A stretch of DNA of 60,771 bases, the filler included. It is 6 parts of 6 records of this genome, joined end to end, with 100 filler letters (N's around TTAATTAATTAA, not from the genome) between each part and the next. Parts side by side here need not be neighbours in the genome. Positions count along the whole stretch, not along the records: positions 1 to 21,687 come from SRR31156797_27725; positions 21,788 to 34,236 come from SRR31156797_27751; 4 more parts are not named here. One strand, 5' to 3'. Below the pieces are notes generated by a model. That model was not told the origin of the DNA. It made no database searches and saw nothing but the letters and a program-made list of their open reading frames with translations. A program made the translations under genes and the position numbers. Below, piece after piece: positions 20,121-32,100 of this stretch (the stretch's first letter is position 1; each line of letters begins with the position of its first letter).

Positions 20121-20336
20121 ATGAGTATTGAAGATATAAAAGGGTGTATTGGCTGTGGCATCTGCGTCAAAACCTGTCCTACGGATGTTCTTCGCCAAGA
20201 CGTGAAAACAAAGAAAGCTTTCATAAAATATCCGGCTGACTGTCAGATATGCCATCTTTGCAGAATGTATTGCCCCGTTGATGCCATAACAATTTCTCCG
20301 GAAAAATCCATTCCGGTTGTTGTTTCCTGGGGGTAA
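20121..20336 (+). CDS. 2[4Fe-4S] ferredoxin
   Basis: CIGCGICVKTCP and CQICHLCRMYCP. Confidence 0.93.
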   Translation: MSIEDIKGCIGCGICVKTCPTDVLRQDVKTKKAFIKYPADCQICHLCRMYCPVDAITISPEKSIPVVVSWG

Positions 20337-20338
20337 AG

Positions 20339-20980
20339 TTGACATCAAATACAAATAATAAAATTGTATGGCAATCAATTGCCATTTCCACAGGAATGCC
20401 CTTGCTCATTTGGGCAATGGGTACTTTTCCTGAACGTTCATTATTAAAAGAATCACTTTCCATTATCACTATTTTGGCTTTTTTTCAGATGATTGGACAG
20501 TTTTTTTGGACACGCTCGAATAGATCTGCTGTTACACATCTAAAGATGAACAAAGTATTGAAATATCATAAAATAATCGGATATGTATTTTTCATTATTC
20601 TGTTGTTCCATCCCTTTTATTTGGTCGTGCCAAGGCTTTTTGAGTCGGGTGTTGCTCCTGTTGATGCTTTTGTTACCATCATTAGTACCCTCAACCAGGG
20701 GGTGGCACTTGGAATCATCGCATGGTGTTTGATGCTTGCATTGGGAGTAACATCTCTCGTGCGTAAAAAGCTGCCTATGAAATATAAGACCTGGCGGTTT
20801 TTTCATGGCATGCTGGCAACGCTTTTTATTTTGATTGCCCTCTGGCACGTCATTGATCTTGGACGTCACTCCACCCTTGCCATGTCAATTTTAATCAGTG
20901 TGCTGGCTGCAGGCGGGGTTTTGTTCCTTTTGAAAACCTATATTTTAAAAAAAAATGGAAAGTCCGCGAGGCATAAATGA
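20339..20980 (+). CDS. Ferric-reductase-like transmembrane (heme b) protein
   Basis: Paired His in TM helices (YHK..FHP; WRFFHG..WHV). Confidence 0.8.
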   Translation: MTSNTNNKIVWQSIAISTGMPLLIWAMGTFPERSLLKESLSIITILAFFQMIGQFFWTRSNRSAVTHLKMNKVLKYHKIIGYVFFIILLFHPFYLVVPRLFESGVAPVDAFVTIISTLNQGVALGIIAWCLMLALGVTSLVRKKLPMKYKTWRFFHGMLATLFILIALWHVIDLGRHSTLAMSILISVLAAGGVLFLLKTYILKKNGKSARHK

Positions 20981-21687
20981 CAAGTTCTACTAATAAACAA
21001 GACATGTCCCGCCGAAAGTTTATGGCAATTGCCGGCGGTACCGCAGGGATTGCGGCAATGGCAGCAATGGGATTCTCCCCTGAGCAGGGTGAGTGCCGCC
21101 CCAATATCCCTGCAATTGATATTGATAAAATAATCAGTGTTGAAAATGAAACAGATGTGCTGGTTATCGGTGGTGGAATGGCAGGATTGTTTGCCGCTGT
21201 CAAGGCACACGATGCAGGCTCTAAAGTTATGCTTGTTTCCAAAGGCCGTTTGGGGGCATCGGGGCAAACTCCTTTTGCAAAAGGAATATTTGCATTTAAC
21301 CCTGACTCCGCAAAAATAGATCTCGATGCATTCGTAGATTCCGTCTCTCGCTCTGCATTGGGCACGAATAATCAGGTGTATACCCGGCAAATGGCAGAGC
21401 ATTCCCTTGCCCGTGTCAATGAACTGAAGGACTGGGGATTTTTCGAATCACCTCTTTACAACAATAGTTTTAACAAACCCATTCAGGAGAGAAATATCTT
21501 TGTCAAAGAGAGGGTCGTCATTACCCATCTCATTAAAGAATACGGCAGAGTTGCAGGTGCGGCAGGGTTCAGTATGGATGAAGGGGAAATTCATTTTTTG
21601 AAAGCTAAAAGTGTGATTTTGTGTACTGGGGCTGGCGGTTTCAAACCCAATGGGTTCCCCATTTGTGATCTTACCCACGACGGCACT
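20977..21687 (+). CDS. Tat-exported FAD-binding flavoprotein (SdhA/FrdA/AprA superfamily), 3' truncated
   Basis: SRRKFM twin-arginine signal; DVLVIGGGMAG; ILCTGAGG; runs into the gap. Confidence 0.88.
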
Positions 21688-21787
21688 NNNNNNNNNNNNN
21701 NNNNNNNNNNNNNNNNNNNNNNNNNNNNNNNTTAATTAATTAANNNNNNNNNNNNNNNNNNNNNNNNNNNNNNNNNNNNNNNNNNNN
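21688..21787. other. Artificial contig spacer
   Basis: N44-TTAATTAATTAA-N44. Confidence 0.99.
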
Positions 21788-21977
21788 GAATAATCATCTT
21801 CTCCAGCATTCGAAAGGCTTCCCACCCGTTTTCAGCCACGTAACGGGGGATAGGGGATCCGACCCGCCCTTCAAGAACCTGATCCGTATCCACCAGCTCA
21901 AGGCCCATGGAATCCGCCAGGGTTTTCCCCACCACACTTTTTCCGCTGCACCGATATCCGATTAAAACAATATTCAT
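21788..21977 (-). CDS. aroK: Shikimate kinase, 3' truncated
   Basis: MNIVLIGYRCSGKS..GK.LA..DTD..GWEAFR.LE. Confidence 0.9.
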
Positions 21978-21997
21978 GTCATTGACCCGCAAATTTC

Positions 21998-22040
21998 AAA
22001 AAAAAAAGCCGTGGAAGCTTTTGAAGGCGACCACGGCTTT
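21998..22040 (-). terminator. Attenuator terminator upstream of aroK
   Basis: Minus strand aaagccgtgg-N16-ccacggc followed by 10 T, ending about 20 nt before the aroK start. Confidence 0.8.
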
Positions 22041-22062
22041 GAAAATGATAAAAAACAGCATC

Positions 22063-22128
22063 TCAGACCATGGACGGACCTCCGCGAAAATAAAAATAAA
22101 AGCCCTGCCATGGTCGGTTTAAACACAT
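22063..22128 (-). CDS. Putative aromatic-amino-acid leader peptide MCLNRPWQGFYFYFRGGPSMV
   Basis: 21-codon ORF translated by hand, with Trp plus an FYFYF cluster, directly upstream of the terminator and aroK. Confidence 0.8.
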   Translation of the reverse strand: MCLNRPWQGFYFYFRGGPSMV

Positions 22129-22219
22129 TGTTCCGCTGTTTCCTTTTGTTCAAATTAGAGTATGAAAAGTAATAGAAATCATTTGGAAGACTTTGTCAAG
22201 AAAAAAAATGGAATCCTTA

Positions 22220-25200
22220 TCAGTCCGGTAGGTTTAAAACGGATGCAGCGGCTCCATGATCACGTTTTTCCCTCAATCCGGGATGAAACAGCGAATAGAC
22301 CGCCGGAATGAGTACCAGGGTGATCAGCGTTGATCCGGTAAGCCCCCCCACGACGGCCCGCGCCAGCGGTGCCTGGGCGTCCGCCCCCTCACCGATGCCC
22401 AGCGCCAGGGGGAGCAGGCCCAGGATTGTCGTCAGGGTCGTCATGAGAATGGGCCTCAGCCTCCGCCTTCCGGCTTCCGAAAGGGCTTCGCCGACGGTCA
22501 TTCCGGTGCGAACCAGTTGTCCGGCCTGATCCACCAGAAGTACGGCGTTGTTGACCACGATCCCCCCCAACATGATGCACCCGATGTAGGACTGAACATT
22601 CAGGGTGGTTTTGGTCAAAAAGAGCGTAACCAAGACCCCCACCGCCGCCAGGGGTACGGAAAACATGACCACCAACGGATCCCTAAACGACTCGTATTGA
22701 CAGGCCAGCACCATGTACACCAGAACCAGGGCCAGCACCATGGAGACGGCCAGCTCCCGGAAGGCCTTCCGCTGCTCCCGGAAATTGCCGGCCACCATGA
22801 GGTCATACCCCATGGGACGGGGTATCCGGTTGAGCCGGGTCTGCACCTCCCGGGCCACGGAGCCCAGGTCCCGCCCGGCCACATTGGCCTTGACCCGGAA
22901 CATGCGTTGCTGATCCTTTCGATCGATCAAAAGGGGGCCCCTTCCGGCCCGGGTCACCACCAGGTTCCTAAGCGCCACCTGCTCGCCGCCCCCGGTGGCC
23001 AATGTGAGGTTTAAAATTTCGTCCAGAGACCGTTTTTCCGCATCTTTCAATTGCACCAGAATGCGATAGGAATTCCCGCCCGATCGGTACTCCCCCGCCT
23101 TGGAACCGGCCACCGCCGTTTCCAGGAGCTGGGTGACGTCTCGCACGGTGAGACCCAGATCGGCGATTTTGCTTCGGTCCACCCGGATCTCCTGCTGGGG
23201 AACACCCGCGTCGAGACTGGTCTGAATATCCGTAATCCCGGGTACATCCTTTATCTCTTCCGATACCCGCTGAACCAGGGTGCCCAGAACCGCCAGATCG
23301 AACCCCCGAATCTCGATGGTCAGCCCTTCATTACCGCCCAGGATCCGCTCCAGCAGAAACTGACCCTGCGGTGCACGGACACGGACCTCCATGCCCGGAA
23401 TCCGATCTTTTAACCGACGGCGCAGGTCGCCGGCGATTTCAACATTGGAACGATCCCTTTGCGCTGCCGGCACCAGGCTCAAGACGATCTGACCTTCGGC
23501 GCCCGATTTGGGTCTCCACCCGGACCTCCCCACATCGACCAACGATGCCACCGCTTCCGGTACCGCCCCATAGACGATCTCTTCCATTTTCCGGGTCTGC
23601 TGATCCACCAGTTCCAGCCGGGTACCGATTTCCATCTTTCCGCTAATCCGGACTGCACCTTCGTCGCTGGGGGGGATAAATTCACTCCCGATCAAAGGAA
23701 GCAGCAACAGGCTTGCAGCCAGCAGTGCGGCGGACACAAAGACCGTCACCAGTCGGTGGGCCAGAACCGTTCTCAGCAGACCCAGGTATACATTATCCAG
23801 GCCCAGGAAAAAGGCGTTGGAAAAAGAAATCAACCTTTCAAACCGGACCTTCCGTTTTTCCTGGCGGGTAAGGGTTGATTTGAGCAGCCTTGAAGCCAGC
23901 ATGGGGACCAGGGTCAGGGAAACCGCAAGGGAACAGATGAGGGAAAAGATGATCACATAGGCCAGTTCCTTAAAGAGAATCCCCGTCACCCCTTTGACGA
24001 ACACCAGGGGCAAAAAAATCACCAGGGTCGTGATGGTACTGGCGAAAATGGCCTTTCCCACCTCCCGTGCCCCTTTCACCGCGGCAACATGAGGTGTCTC
24101 GCCGTTCTCGCTGCTGCGGCGGAAAATATTTTCAAGCACAACAATGGAGCTGTCCACCATCATGCCGACCCCCAGCGCCAATCCGCCCAGGGTCATGAGG
24201 TTGATGGTAAATCCTCCGAAGTACATGAGCGCAAAGGTGGCAATGATGGAGATGGGAATGGAGAGGGAGATGGCCACGGTGGTTCTCAAGTTGCGTAGAA
24301 AAAAAAGGAGTACCAGGATGGCCAAGCCCCCACCGTAGAGAACCGACCGGGCCACGTTCCGGATGGAGCGTTCGATGAAGTTTCCCTGATTACTCACCGG
24401 AACCATGTGAATCTGGGGATAGGCTTCATTGGCCGCCTTGACCTCCGCCAGGACCCGTTTGGAGACTTCCACCGTATTGGCGTTGGCCTGTTTGCGGATG
24501 GCCACCAGGATCCCCTGCCGGCCGTTGACCCGGGTCAAGCGTGTCAGCTTTTGGTAGGTGTCTTTGACGTCCGCAATCTGGTCGAGGGTGACCGCGGCCC
24601 CGTCCCGCCTAACAATGACCGTATCCCGAATCTGATCCAGGCTGGTAAATTCGGCGGGCGCCCGAAGGGTCACCTCGTACCGCCCCTGTTCTATTTTTCC
24701 CGCGGGGAGATCCAGGTTCGCGTCTTTGATGGCGGAAATCACGCCATCCATGGTGAGCCCCAGGGCTTTGACCCGATCCGGATCCAGCTCGATGCGAACC
24801 TCCCGGTGGAATGCCCCCCAGGTGTCCACCTGGGCAACACCCGGAATGCGGGCGAATCGGTATCGGACCTGAACATCGATCAGTTCGGTGAGTTCCACCG
24901 GATCCAGGTTGCTGGAAATGCCCAGGATCACCACAGGAAAACTGGCAATGTCGAACTTTCGAACCCGGGGTCTGACGATGTCCTCGGGGAGTTCGCTGAT
25001 TTCATCTTCCAGCATGCCCTGAACGTCGATGGCCGCGGTGTCGATCTTCGTTCCCCAAACGAAGCGGACGCGCACACTGCTGTTCCCCTCCGACGATGTG
25101 GACATGATCTCTTCCACGCCGGGCACCGTGGCAACAATTTCTTCAATGATCCGGGTGACCAGCCGTTCCATCACTTCCGGACTGGCGCCCTCGTATGCGG

Positions 25201-25345
25201 TGCGGATGGTCAGGCTCGGCATTTCAATGTCGGGGAGCATGTCGATCTGAAGCCGGCTCAGTGAAACGGCGCCGATGATGACAATCATCAGGGTCACCAT
25301 TGATGTGAAGATGGGGCGCCGAACGCTCATTTCCGGCAGGTTCAT
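22220..25345 (-). CDS. RND efflux permease (AcrB/MdtB family)
   Basis: 1041 aa; [26 protein letters not shown]. Confidence 0.96.
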   Translation of the reverse strand: MNLPEMSVRRPIFTSMVTLMIVIIGAVSLSRLQIDMLPDIEMPSLTIRTAYEGASPEVMERLVTRIIEEIVATVPGVEEIMSTSSEGNSSVRVRFVWGTKIDTAAIDVQGMLEDEISELPEDIVRPRVRKFDIASFPVVILGISSNLDPVELTELIDVQVRYRFARIPGVAQVDTWGAFHREVRIELDPDRVKALGLTMDGVISAIKDANLDLPAGKIEQGRYEVTLRAPAEFTSLDQIRDTVIVRRDGAAVTLDQIADVKDTYQKLTRLTRVNGRQGILVAIRKQANANTVEVSKRVLAEVKAANEAYPQIHMVPVSNQGNFIERSIRNVARSVLYGGGLAILVLLFFLRNLRTTVAISLSIPISIIATFALMYFGGFTINLMTLGGLALGVGMMVDSSIVVLENIFRRSSENGETPHVAAVKGAREVGKAIFASTITTLVIFLPLVFVKGVTGILFKELAYVIIFSLICSLAVSLTLVPMLASRLLKSTLTRQEKRKVRFERLISFSNAFFLGLDNVYLGLLRTVLAHRLVTVFVSAALLAASLLLLPLIGSEFIPPSDEGAVRISGKMEIGTRLELVDQQTRKMEEIVYGAVPEAVASLVDVGRSGWRPKSGAEGQIVLSLVPAAQRDRSNVEIAGDLRRRLKDRIPGMEVRVRAPQGQFLLERILGGNEGLTIEIRGFDLAVLGTLVQRVSEEIKDVPGITDIQTSLDAGVPQQEIRVDRSKIADLGLTVRDVTQLLETAVAGSKAGEYRSGGNSYRILVQLKDAEKRSLDEILNLTLATGGGEQVALRNLVVTRAGRGPLLIDRKDQQRMFRVKANVAGRDLGSVAREVQTRLNRIPRPMGYDLMVAGNFREQRKAFRELAVSMVLALVLVYMVLACQYESFRDPLVVMFSVPLAAVGVLVTLFLTKTTLNVQSYIGCIMLGGIVVNNAVLLVDQAGQLVRTGMTVGEALSEAGRRRLRPILMTTLTTILGLLPLALGIGEGADAQAPLARAVVGGLTGSTLITLVLIPAVYSLFHPGLREKRDHGAAASVLNLPD

Positions 25346-26571
25346 GTGATGGGCTCCTCAGAGGGACCGGTTTCCATTTCAGGTTTCATCTCGGGAATGG
25401 TGACGGCCGAACCGTTCTTTAAGAGCTGTTGCCCCAGGGTGACCACCCGGCCGGACAACCCTTCCCCTTCCACCTGCACCCTGGCCCCCTCCCGAATGCC
25501 CAACTTTACCTTACGCCACACAACCGATTTTCCATCCTCACTCACAACAAAGAGCCCCGGTTGTTTATCACGGGTGACCACAGCCTGTTCCGGCACAATG
25601 GTGGTTTCAAGCACCCGTTTCAACACCACCGTTGCCCGAACGAACATGCCCGGTTTGAGCCGGTGTCCGGGATTTTCAATGATCATCTCCACCCGGGCCT
25701 GGCGCGTGGCTTTTTGAAAGATGGGAGCGATACGATCGATTCTGCCGAAAAAGGCCGCATCCAAATGGGCATCGGTGGTGAGGGATACGGTCTGTCCCGG
25801 CCTCAGATGGGCGTAATCTTTTTCGGTCACATATACCACGCCCAGAATGGGGTCCAGTTCAACAATCAACAGCAGGGGTTGGTTGGCGGCCACCGTCTGA
25901 CCTTCATCGTAATAGCGTTCAGCGACAATGCGATTATCATCGCCTCCGGTCCAACTGGCCGTGATCCGGGTGTATCCCAGTCGGATTTTAGCGGTTTCGA
26001 GCGATGATGCCGCTTTGGTCCGTTGCGCTTGGGCAACCTGAAGTTGGGCTTTTTTGGCCATTTTGTTGGCTTTAAGCATATCGAATTCGGAGTCCGATGC
26101 GATGCCCCGCTTGAGCAGTTTCCGGGTCCGTTCAAACTCCCGATCGGCGATCTCAAGGGCGCTCTTCGCCATGACCAGATTCGCTTTTGCCACCACCAGA
26201 TCGGCTTGGGCCTGTGCCACCGCCTGGACATATTCGGCGTTGTCCAGTTCGCCCACAACCTGTCCCTGTTGGACCTTGTCCGAAATGTTGACCAGAAGCT
26301 TCTCAATACGTCCGCTGACTTTCGGTGCCACCACGAAATCGGCCAACGGTTCCAGCGTGCCGCTGAAGGTTCGCTTCAGCACCATGGGACCGGTTTCGAT
26401 CAATGCCGTTTCTACGGGTGATGACCGTGCTCCATCACCTGGGTTGCTACTTTGATCAGAATCCTGAAATTGGCCAAAGATCAAGCAGCCTGCTCCTGCC
26501 GCGGCCCCCAGTAGCAGTACCAGAATAAAAATTTTAAGCCCTCGCCTTTTCATGCCGGACGATCCTTTCAA
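25342..26571 (-). CDS. RND periplasmic adaptor (membrane fusion protein)
   Basis: N-terminal TM, lipoyl/coiled-coil hairpin, LKPGMFV; overlaps the permease start. Confidence 0.93.
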   Translation of the reverse strand: MKGSSGMKRRGLKIFILVLLLGAAAGAGCLIFGQFQDSDQSSNPGDGARSSPVETALIETGPMVLKRTFSGTLEPLADFVVAPKVSGRIEKLLVNISDKVQQGQVVGELDNAEYVQAVAQAQADLVVAKANLVMAKSALEIADREFERTRKLLKRGIASDSEFDMLKANKMAKKAQLQVAQAQRTKAASSLETAKIRLGYTRITASWTGGDDNRIVAERYYDEGQTVAANQPLLLIVELDPILGVVYVTEKDYAHLRPGQTVSLTTDAHLDAAFFGRIDRIAPIFQKATRQARVEMIIENPGHRLKPGMFVRATVVLKRVLETTIVPEQAVVTRDKQPGLFVVSEDGKSVVWRKVKLGIREGARVQVEGEGLSGRVVTLGQQLLKNGSAVTIPEMKPEMETGPSEEPIT

Positions 26572-26615
26572 GGTTTAGGAGAACATGCACCGTTCCGGAA
26601 TACGGAATGATGCCG

Positions 26616-28886
26616 TCATTTACCCTGCTTCGGGGACGTTTTATGAGATGGTAGCTTTTCAGGCCGCATCTCCTCCACGGAGGTGATGGCCTCCTCCTCA
26701 AGGACGCGCCACTTTCCATGGTCTTTAGAATAGTAGTAATACCACATCAAGCCCGCGGCCATCAGCGTCCCCAGAAGGATGGCATAGAACCGCCATGACC
26801 GCTTTTTCATGGCATAGGGGTCATTTTTGAGGGAACGGCTGGCGCCCGGGGGCAGGACCGCAATTTGCGTCAGCACGGCCCCAAAGGGAATATTGATCTT
26901 TGCCCTTGTGTTCACGGCCCACCCGCATGCATCCAGGATGGGGCCCAGGTTTCGCCGCCTTAGATTAAGATAGCCATTGATTACTGAAGGACCTGATATC
27001 ACGAGTATAATACCAACGATCGCAAGGGGTACCTCCCACCAGCTGAGCTCTATCAATCCCGTCACCATCGAGGCAATGGCAGTGCCGATGGCGCCGATGG
27101 CAAGCCCGATGGCCGCGAATACGCCAGCGAACTTGGCAATGTCGAAGCCTTGACCCGTCAGACCTTTTTTCTGGTCGGGCTCTTTCAAGACGCCGGTGAC
27201 CGATTTGGAGACATTCGCCTGAAGCTCCTTGTCACGGGCCGTGGTCATCTTGGCAATTTGAGCTGAAATGAACTGGGCAATGCGCCTATAGGGCGACCAA
27301 AACGCCTGCCTGAGACTGATGGAATGTTCAATCAGCTTAACGATAACGGCATCCCAGTCCCGGCCTTTACGATCGTAAAACAAACCGTTGCGGCCCACCC
27401 TGAGGTTGTCCGAACTCCCGTTTGTGAAAGCCGCGGCGATGGTCAGTTTTTCAGCCGTCCCTTTCCGGGTACACTCGCAGTAAGCAAGATAGGTTTGACT
27501 CAGTTGGGCCAGGGTACTGTGTTTGTTTAAATCATTGACTTTGACGCACAAATCGCAACTGCGGGCATCCAGATAGAGGGTTCCGGCCTGAAAGACCGAC
27601 TTCTTATTGGGCGTATAAAAATCGTAAAGGGAAACAAAATTCTTCAAAAGCGTGTGGAGGTCCCGATAATACCGAACGAGCCTGTCCACGGAGGAAACCG
27701 CTTCAGCCTGGGGCGCCAACGCTTCATCTTTCTCGATCAGGGCCATGAGCACAGCCTTGCCTTCGCCTTCAAGAATCTCCCGAACCCTTTCGATGCCAAG
27801 GGATTCAACCGCCGCGCCTTCCTTCCGGGCAATCCATTCCTCATATGCTGAAAAGTTTGTACAAATGCTGTTCCAGTCTTCTATATCGATGCTCTCTTTT
27901 TCACCTAAGAGCGGCGTTACGATTTCTAAAGAGAGTTTTGTCAGCGTCTCAGACCAGGCGGGGTTTACGCCCGTTTTGAGCGGCAGCGGTTTTCCCGCCT
28001 CAATGGCCGCCAGCGGCATGGCGGAGATCTCCTCTTTGCCGGCAACGGAAAGGTCTTTTGTGGAAAGGGCCGCCAGGGCTTCTTGCTGCGGGTTCATGGC
28101 GCCGGTTGCGTCCGGATCGAACTCCACGAGGCGGCAGCGTGTGAAATAATCGTTCACTTTTCCCCTGATCAAATGGAAAATTGAGGCGGCATCATGGGTT
28201 TTATCACCGTAGGGAAGAATCTTTGCCGCATCATCATCCGCCAGTTTCCACCAACCGGCGCAAGCCTCTGCTTCGGAGAAGAAATCATCGACCTTTTCTC
28301 TTGAGACACCCGGCGCTCCGCTACGGTCATTTTCAGATCCCATGCATGTAATGATATCGTTAATAACGCTTTTTACAGCCTCATCATCGGCCGAATCGGC
28401 CGGGACAATGCCGTCGCCGTTGAATCGTGTTTCGGCAAAGATCTTCGCTGTGTCGGCGGTATCCTCAGGTGTTATTTCCACATCCTCCGCCTTACCAAGA
28501 TTCAGAAGGATCTCTTTGGCGGACGAAAGGATGTCTTTCCCCTCCGGAGACGCATCGTTAATGGCTGAAAGCGGCAGGGAGTCAGCACCGTCCATGAGAT
28601 CATCCGGGTTCTTGAGAAGGGATCCCGCCCATTTGACCGCGGCAATCATCTCCGGCGCACGGATCCGGCCGTCTCCATCCGTATCGATCAATGCAAGTGT
28701 TTTCTCATCGAATTCGAGTCCTTTGGCCGGGCAGCTCAAAGCGGCCCACAGTTTCTGATCAAGCTGATCCAGGGCCATCAGATCGGCGCCGCTTCTGAGT
28801 GTTACCTGGTCAAATCCGCCCAGCCTGACAAAACGCCAACGGTGTGTTGAAGGGGCTCCTTCATTTGCCTGTCCATTCGAAATCAT
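26616..28886 (-). CDS. Large hypothetical protein with EF-hand-like loop and C-terminal TM helices
   Basis: DTDGDGRIRAPE EF-hand loop; about three hydrophobic helices near the C-terminus. Confidence 0.8.
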   Translation of the reverse strand: MISNGQANEGAPSTHRWRFVRLGGFDQVTLRSGADLMALDQLDQKLWAALSCPAKGLEFDEKTLALIDTDGDGRIRAPEMIAAVKWAGSLLKNPDDLMDGADSLPLSAINDASPEGKDILSSAKEILLNLGKAEDVEITPEDTADTAKIFAETRFNGDGIVPADSADDEAVKSVINDIITCMGSENDRSGAPGVSREKVDDFFSEAEACAGWWKLADDDAAKILPYGDKTHDAASIFHLIRGKVNDYFTRCRLVEFDPDATGAMNPQQEALAALSTKDLSVAGKEEISAMPLAAIEAGKPLPLKTGVNPAWSETLTKLSLEIVTPLLGEKESIDIEDWNSICTNFSAYEEWIARKEGAAVESLGIERVREILEGEGKAVLMALIEKDEALAPQAEAVSSVDRLVRYYRDLHTLLKNFVSLYDFYTPNKKSVFQAGTLYLDARSCDLCVKVNDLNKHSTLAQLSQTYLAYCECTRKGTAEKLTIAAAFTNGSSDNLRVGRNGLFYDRKGRDWDAVIVKLIEHSISLRQAFWSPYRRIAQFISAQIAKMTTARDKELQANVSKSVTGVLKEPDQKKGLTGQGFDIAKFAGVFAAIGLAIGAIGTAIASMVTGLIELSWWEVPLAIVGIILVISGPSVINGYLNLRRRNLGPILDACGWAVNTRAKINIPFGAVLTQIAVLPPGASRSLKNDPYAMKKRSWRFYAILLGTLMAAGLMWYYYYSKDHGKWRVLEEEAITSVEEMRPEKLPSHKTSPKQGK

Positions 28887-29152
28887 CTGGTTTTCCTTTT
28901 TAGCAGCACATCAAACCGTTATCTTTTCTTTCAAAAGAGCACATAACACGCTGAAAATAGAATATTTTTAAGATAGCACTATAGAGAAGTGAGATGTATG
29001 GGTCAAGAAAAAACACAAAGCTGCATGTCGATCACTTCCAGCCTGCGCGGCTTCATCCAAGACAAATACCCCACATGTGGTGTTCTTTTCGTTTGACCCA
29101 CGAACCGATTCCTTACTATAGTCTCCCCATGAAAGAAGCCATGCCCTAAATT

Positions 29153-32100
29153 ATGCCGAAATTCATTGCCGACCTCCATATCCATTCCCGCTTCTCCCGG
29201 GCCACTTCAAAAACCCTGGATCCCGAGCATCTAGCCCTTTGGGCGCAGAAAAAGGGGATCAAGGTTGTGGGTACCGGTGATTTTACCCATCCCGGGTGGA
29301 TACGGGAATTACAGGAAAAACTGATCGAAGCGGAACAAGGTCTTTTCCGTTTAAAACCGGAGCTTGCGGAATCCATCAAACCTGCGATTCCGGATTCATG
29401 TCAGGATTCCCCGAGGTTTATGCTCACCTCTGAAATCAGCTGCATCTACAAGAAAAACGGTAAAACCCGGAAAGTGCACCATCTCATCCTCCTGCCTGAT
29501 TTTGATTCGGTTCTGAAGCTGAACAGGAGACTGGAACAGATCGGTAACATCCGCTCCGACGGCAGGCCGATCCTGGGGCTCGATTCCAGGAACCTGCTGG
29601 AGATGGTTCTGGAAACCAGTGATCGGGCATTTTTTATTCCGGCCCATGTGTGGACGCCCTGGTTTTCCCTCTTCGGCTCCAAATCCGGATTTGACGATAT
29701 TGAGGAGTGTTTCGAGGATCTGACACCCCATATCCACGCTTTGGAAACGGGACTCTCTTCCGACCCGCCCATGAACCGGCTACTGTCTCAACTGGATCCA
29801 TATGTTCTGGTGAGCAATTCCGACGCCCACTCACCGGCCAAACTGGGCCGGGAGGGCAATCTCTTTGAAACTCCCCTTGATTATGACGCCATGGTCGGGG
29901 CCATGACCCATGGCCAGGGATTTTCAGGGACCATTGAATTTTTCCCGGAAGAAGGGAAATACCACCTGGACGGGCATCGCAAATGCAGGGTCCGTCTTCA
30001 CCCCGGAGAAACCAAATCCCTAAACGGGATTTGCCCCGTCTGCGGAAAACCGGTCACCGTGGGGGTTTTTCATCGGGTTGACGATTTGGCGGACAGGGAT
30101 CATCCGAAAATATCAAAGGTTTTTTTCAGTCTCATCCCGTTAACGGAAATCCTGTCGGAAATCCATGGGTGTGGACCTGCCACCAAAAAAGTGACCCTTA
30201 TTTATGAAGATCTGATCAACAGGCTGGGTCCCGAACTCCATATCCTCATGGATGCGCCCCTGGAAGAGATAGAGCAGACCGGCGGTATCCTTCTGTCCAA
30301 GGCCGTTGATCGCATGAGGCACAACCAGGTAATCCGCCGGGAAGGGTATGACGGTGAATATGGCGTGATTCGTCTTTTTGAGGAGGGTGAAAAGGACGAA
30401 CTGCTCGGCCAGCGAGCATTATTTAAAACAAAGCCGAAAAAACAAAAATACCGTAAAGCGAAACCGAAGAAGAAGAAAACAACACTTAACAAAAAAGATC
30501 CTGATCCACAACCGATCCTACCCTTGGCGGATCCCATCCTCGATCCCCTGAACCCGGAACAGAGAGAAGCCGTCATTCATGGAAATGGCCATCTCCTGAT
30601 CGTAGCGGGGCCCGGAACGGGGAAGACCATGACCTTGACACACCGCATCGCTTATCTCTTACGATCGGGAACCATTGAGCATGGCAATATTCTGGCCCTT
30701 ACCTTTACCCATAAGGCGGCCCGCGAGATGAAAGACCGCCTGCTCAGATTGGAAGCCCATGAAAAGGGGAAGAGTGTTTTTGTCTCCACCTTTCACGGCT
30801 TCTGCCTGCATGTCTTAAAATGCGACGGCCATTATCTGGATCTGCCGGAACCGTTTTCCCTCTGTTCCGAAACAGACACCCGTGTTCTGGCCCAAGAAGC
30901 GGTTTTGGAAGCGGTCAACGGCAAAAACCGGAAGAATACGGTCCGCCGATTCCTGAAAAACCTGCCCGATCTTAAATTAAATTCAGTTTCGGATAAGGAA
31001 CCCGATTCCGCCCTTGACGATCTTTTTTCCGCCTTCACGATTTATCAGGAAAAACTGCGAAATCTCGGAATGCTCGATCTGGACGATCTTGAAGTGGAGA
31101 CGTTGAGACTCTTCAATGAGCATTCCGGTATCCGCCGAAAGTACGCCGTTCAGTTTCCCCATATCTTTGTGGATGAGTACCAGGATACCAATCCGGTCCA
31201 GGTGGAATTGTTAAAAAACATGGTTTACGCCGGTACAAATGAATCTGAAAATACCCGAAGGTCTCCTTCGGAAAACAGTCCTTGCGCCGTTATTTGCGCC
31301 ATCGGTGATCCGAATCAGGCGATTTACGGTTTTCGCGGGGCGGATATTGCCAATTTTCATGGTTTTGCCAATGACTTTCCCCCATGTACGACCATTACCC
31401 TTACCAAAAATTATAGATCGACCCAGAATATCCTCGATCTTTCCCATACACTGATGAACGAAAAACGTCCGCTTCACGGAACAACCGGTTCCGGAGCCCC
31501 GGTCCATGTGGCCCGATGCCGCACACACCTGGAAGAAGCGGAGATGATTATCGAACAGATCGAGAAATTGATCGGCGGAACCACCCATTTCTCCCTGGAT
31601 AGTGAAAGGGTGGCATCCCATGAAGACGGGGAAAATATCGGGTTCGGAGATATGGCGGTGCTATTCAGACTCAACGCCATGGGGGATGCCCTTGAGGAGG
31701 CCTTTTGGAGGGCCGGTATCCCTTTTGTCCGTTCCGGTGAAAAACCGCTCATCGATCAGTATCCGGCCAATATCATCTGGCGCCTTCTTCAATCACTCAA
31801 CCGGCCCGATAATGATTATTACCGAACCTGTTACCTGAACCTCTTAAAGCCTGAAAAGGACGGGGAAGAGATCATAAACCGGATGGATCGTCAAAGGGCC
31901 TTGGGCCACATGATCGACCAGGCGGTTTTGCTGCACGGATTTGATCTCGATTCGGAAGAAATTACCCATGTTCTCGACCGAGTCGGAAAGGTGGCGGAAA
32001 ATTTCAATCATCTTCCGTCTTTTCTGGACGCCCTCGCCCTTGAGCGTGGAATCGACCACCGGAACCTGATGGGTGACAGGGTTTCACTCATGTCCCTTCA

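Noticed and set aside
21732-21743. TTAATTAATTAA palindrome recurring five times, a possible repeat or att site
   Set aside because: Always centred in N runs of identical length; it is an assembly linker.
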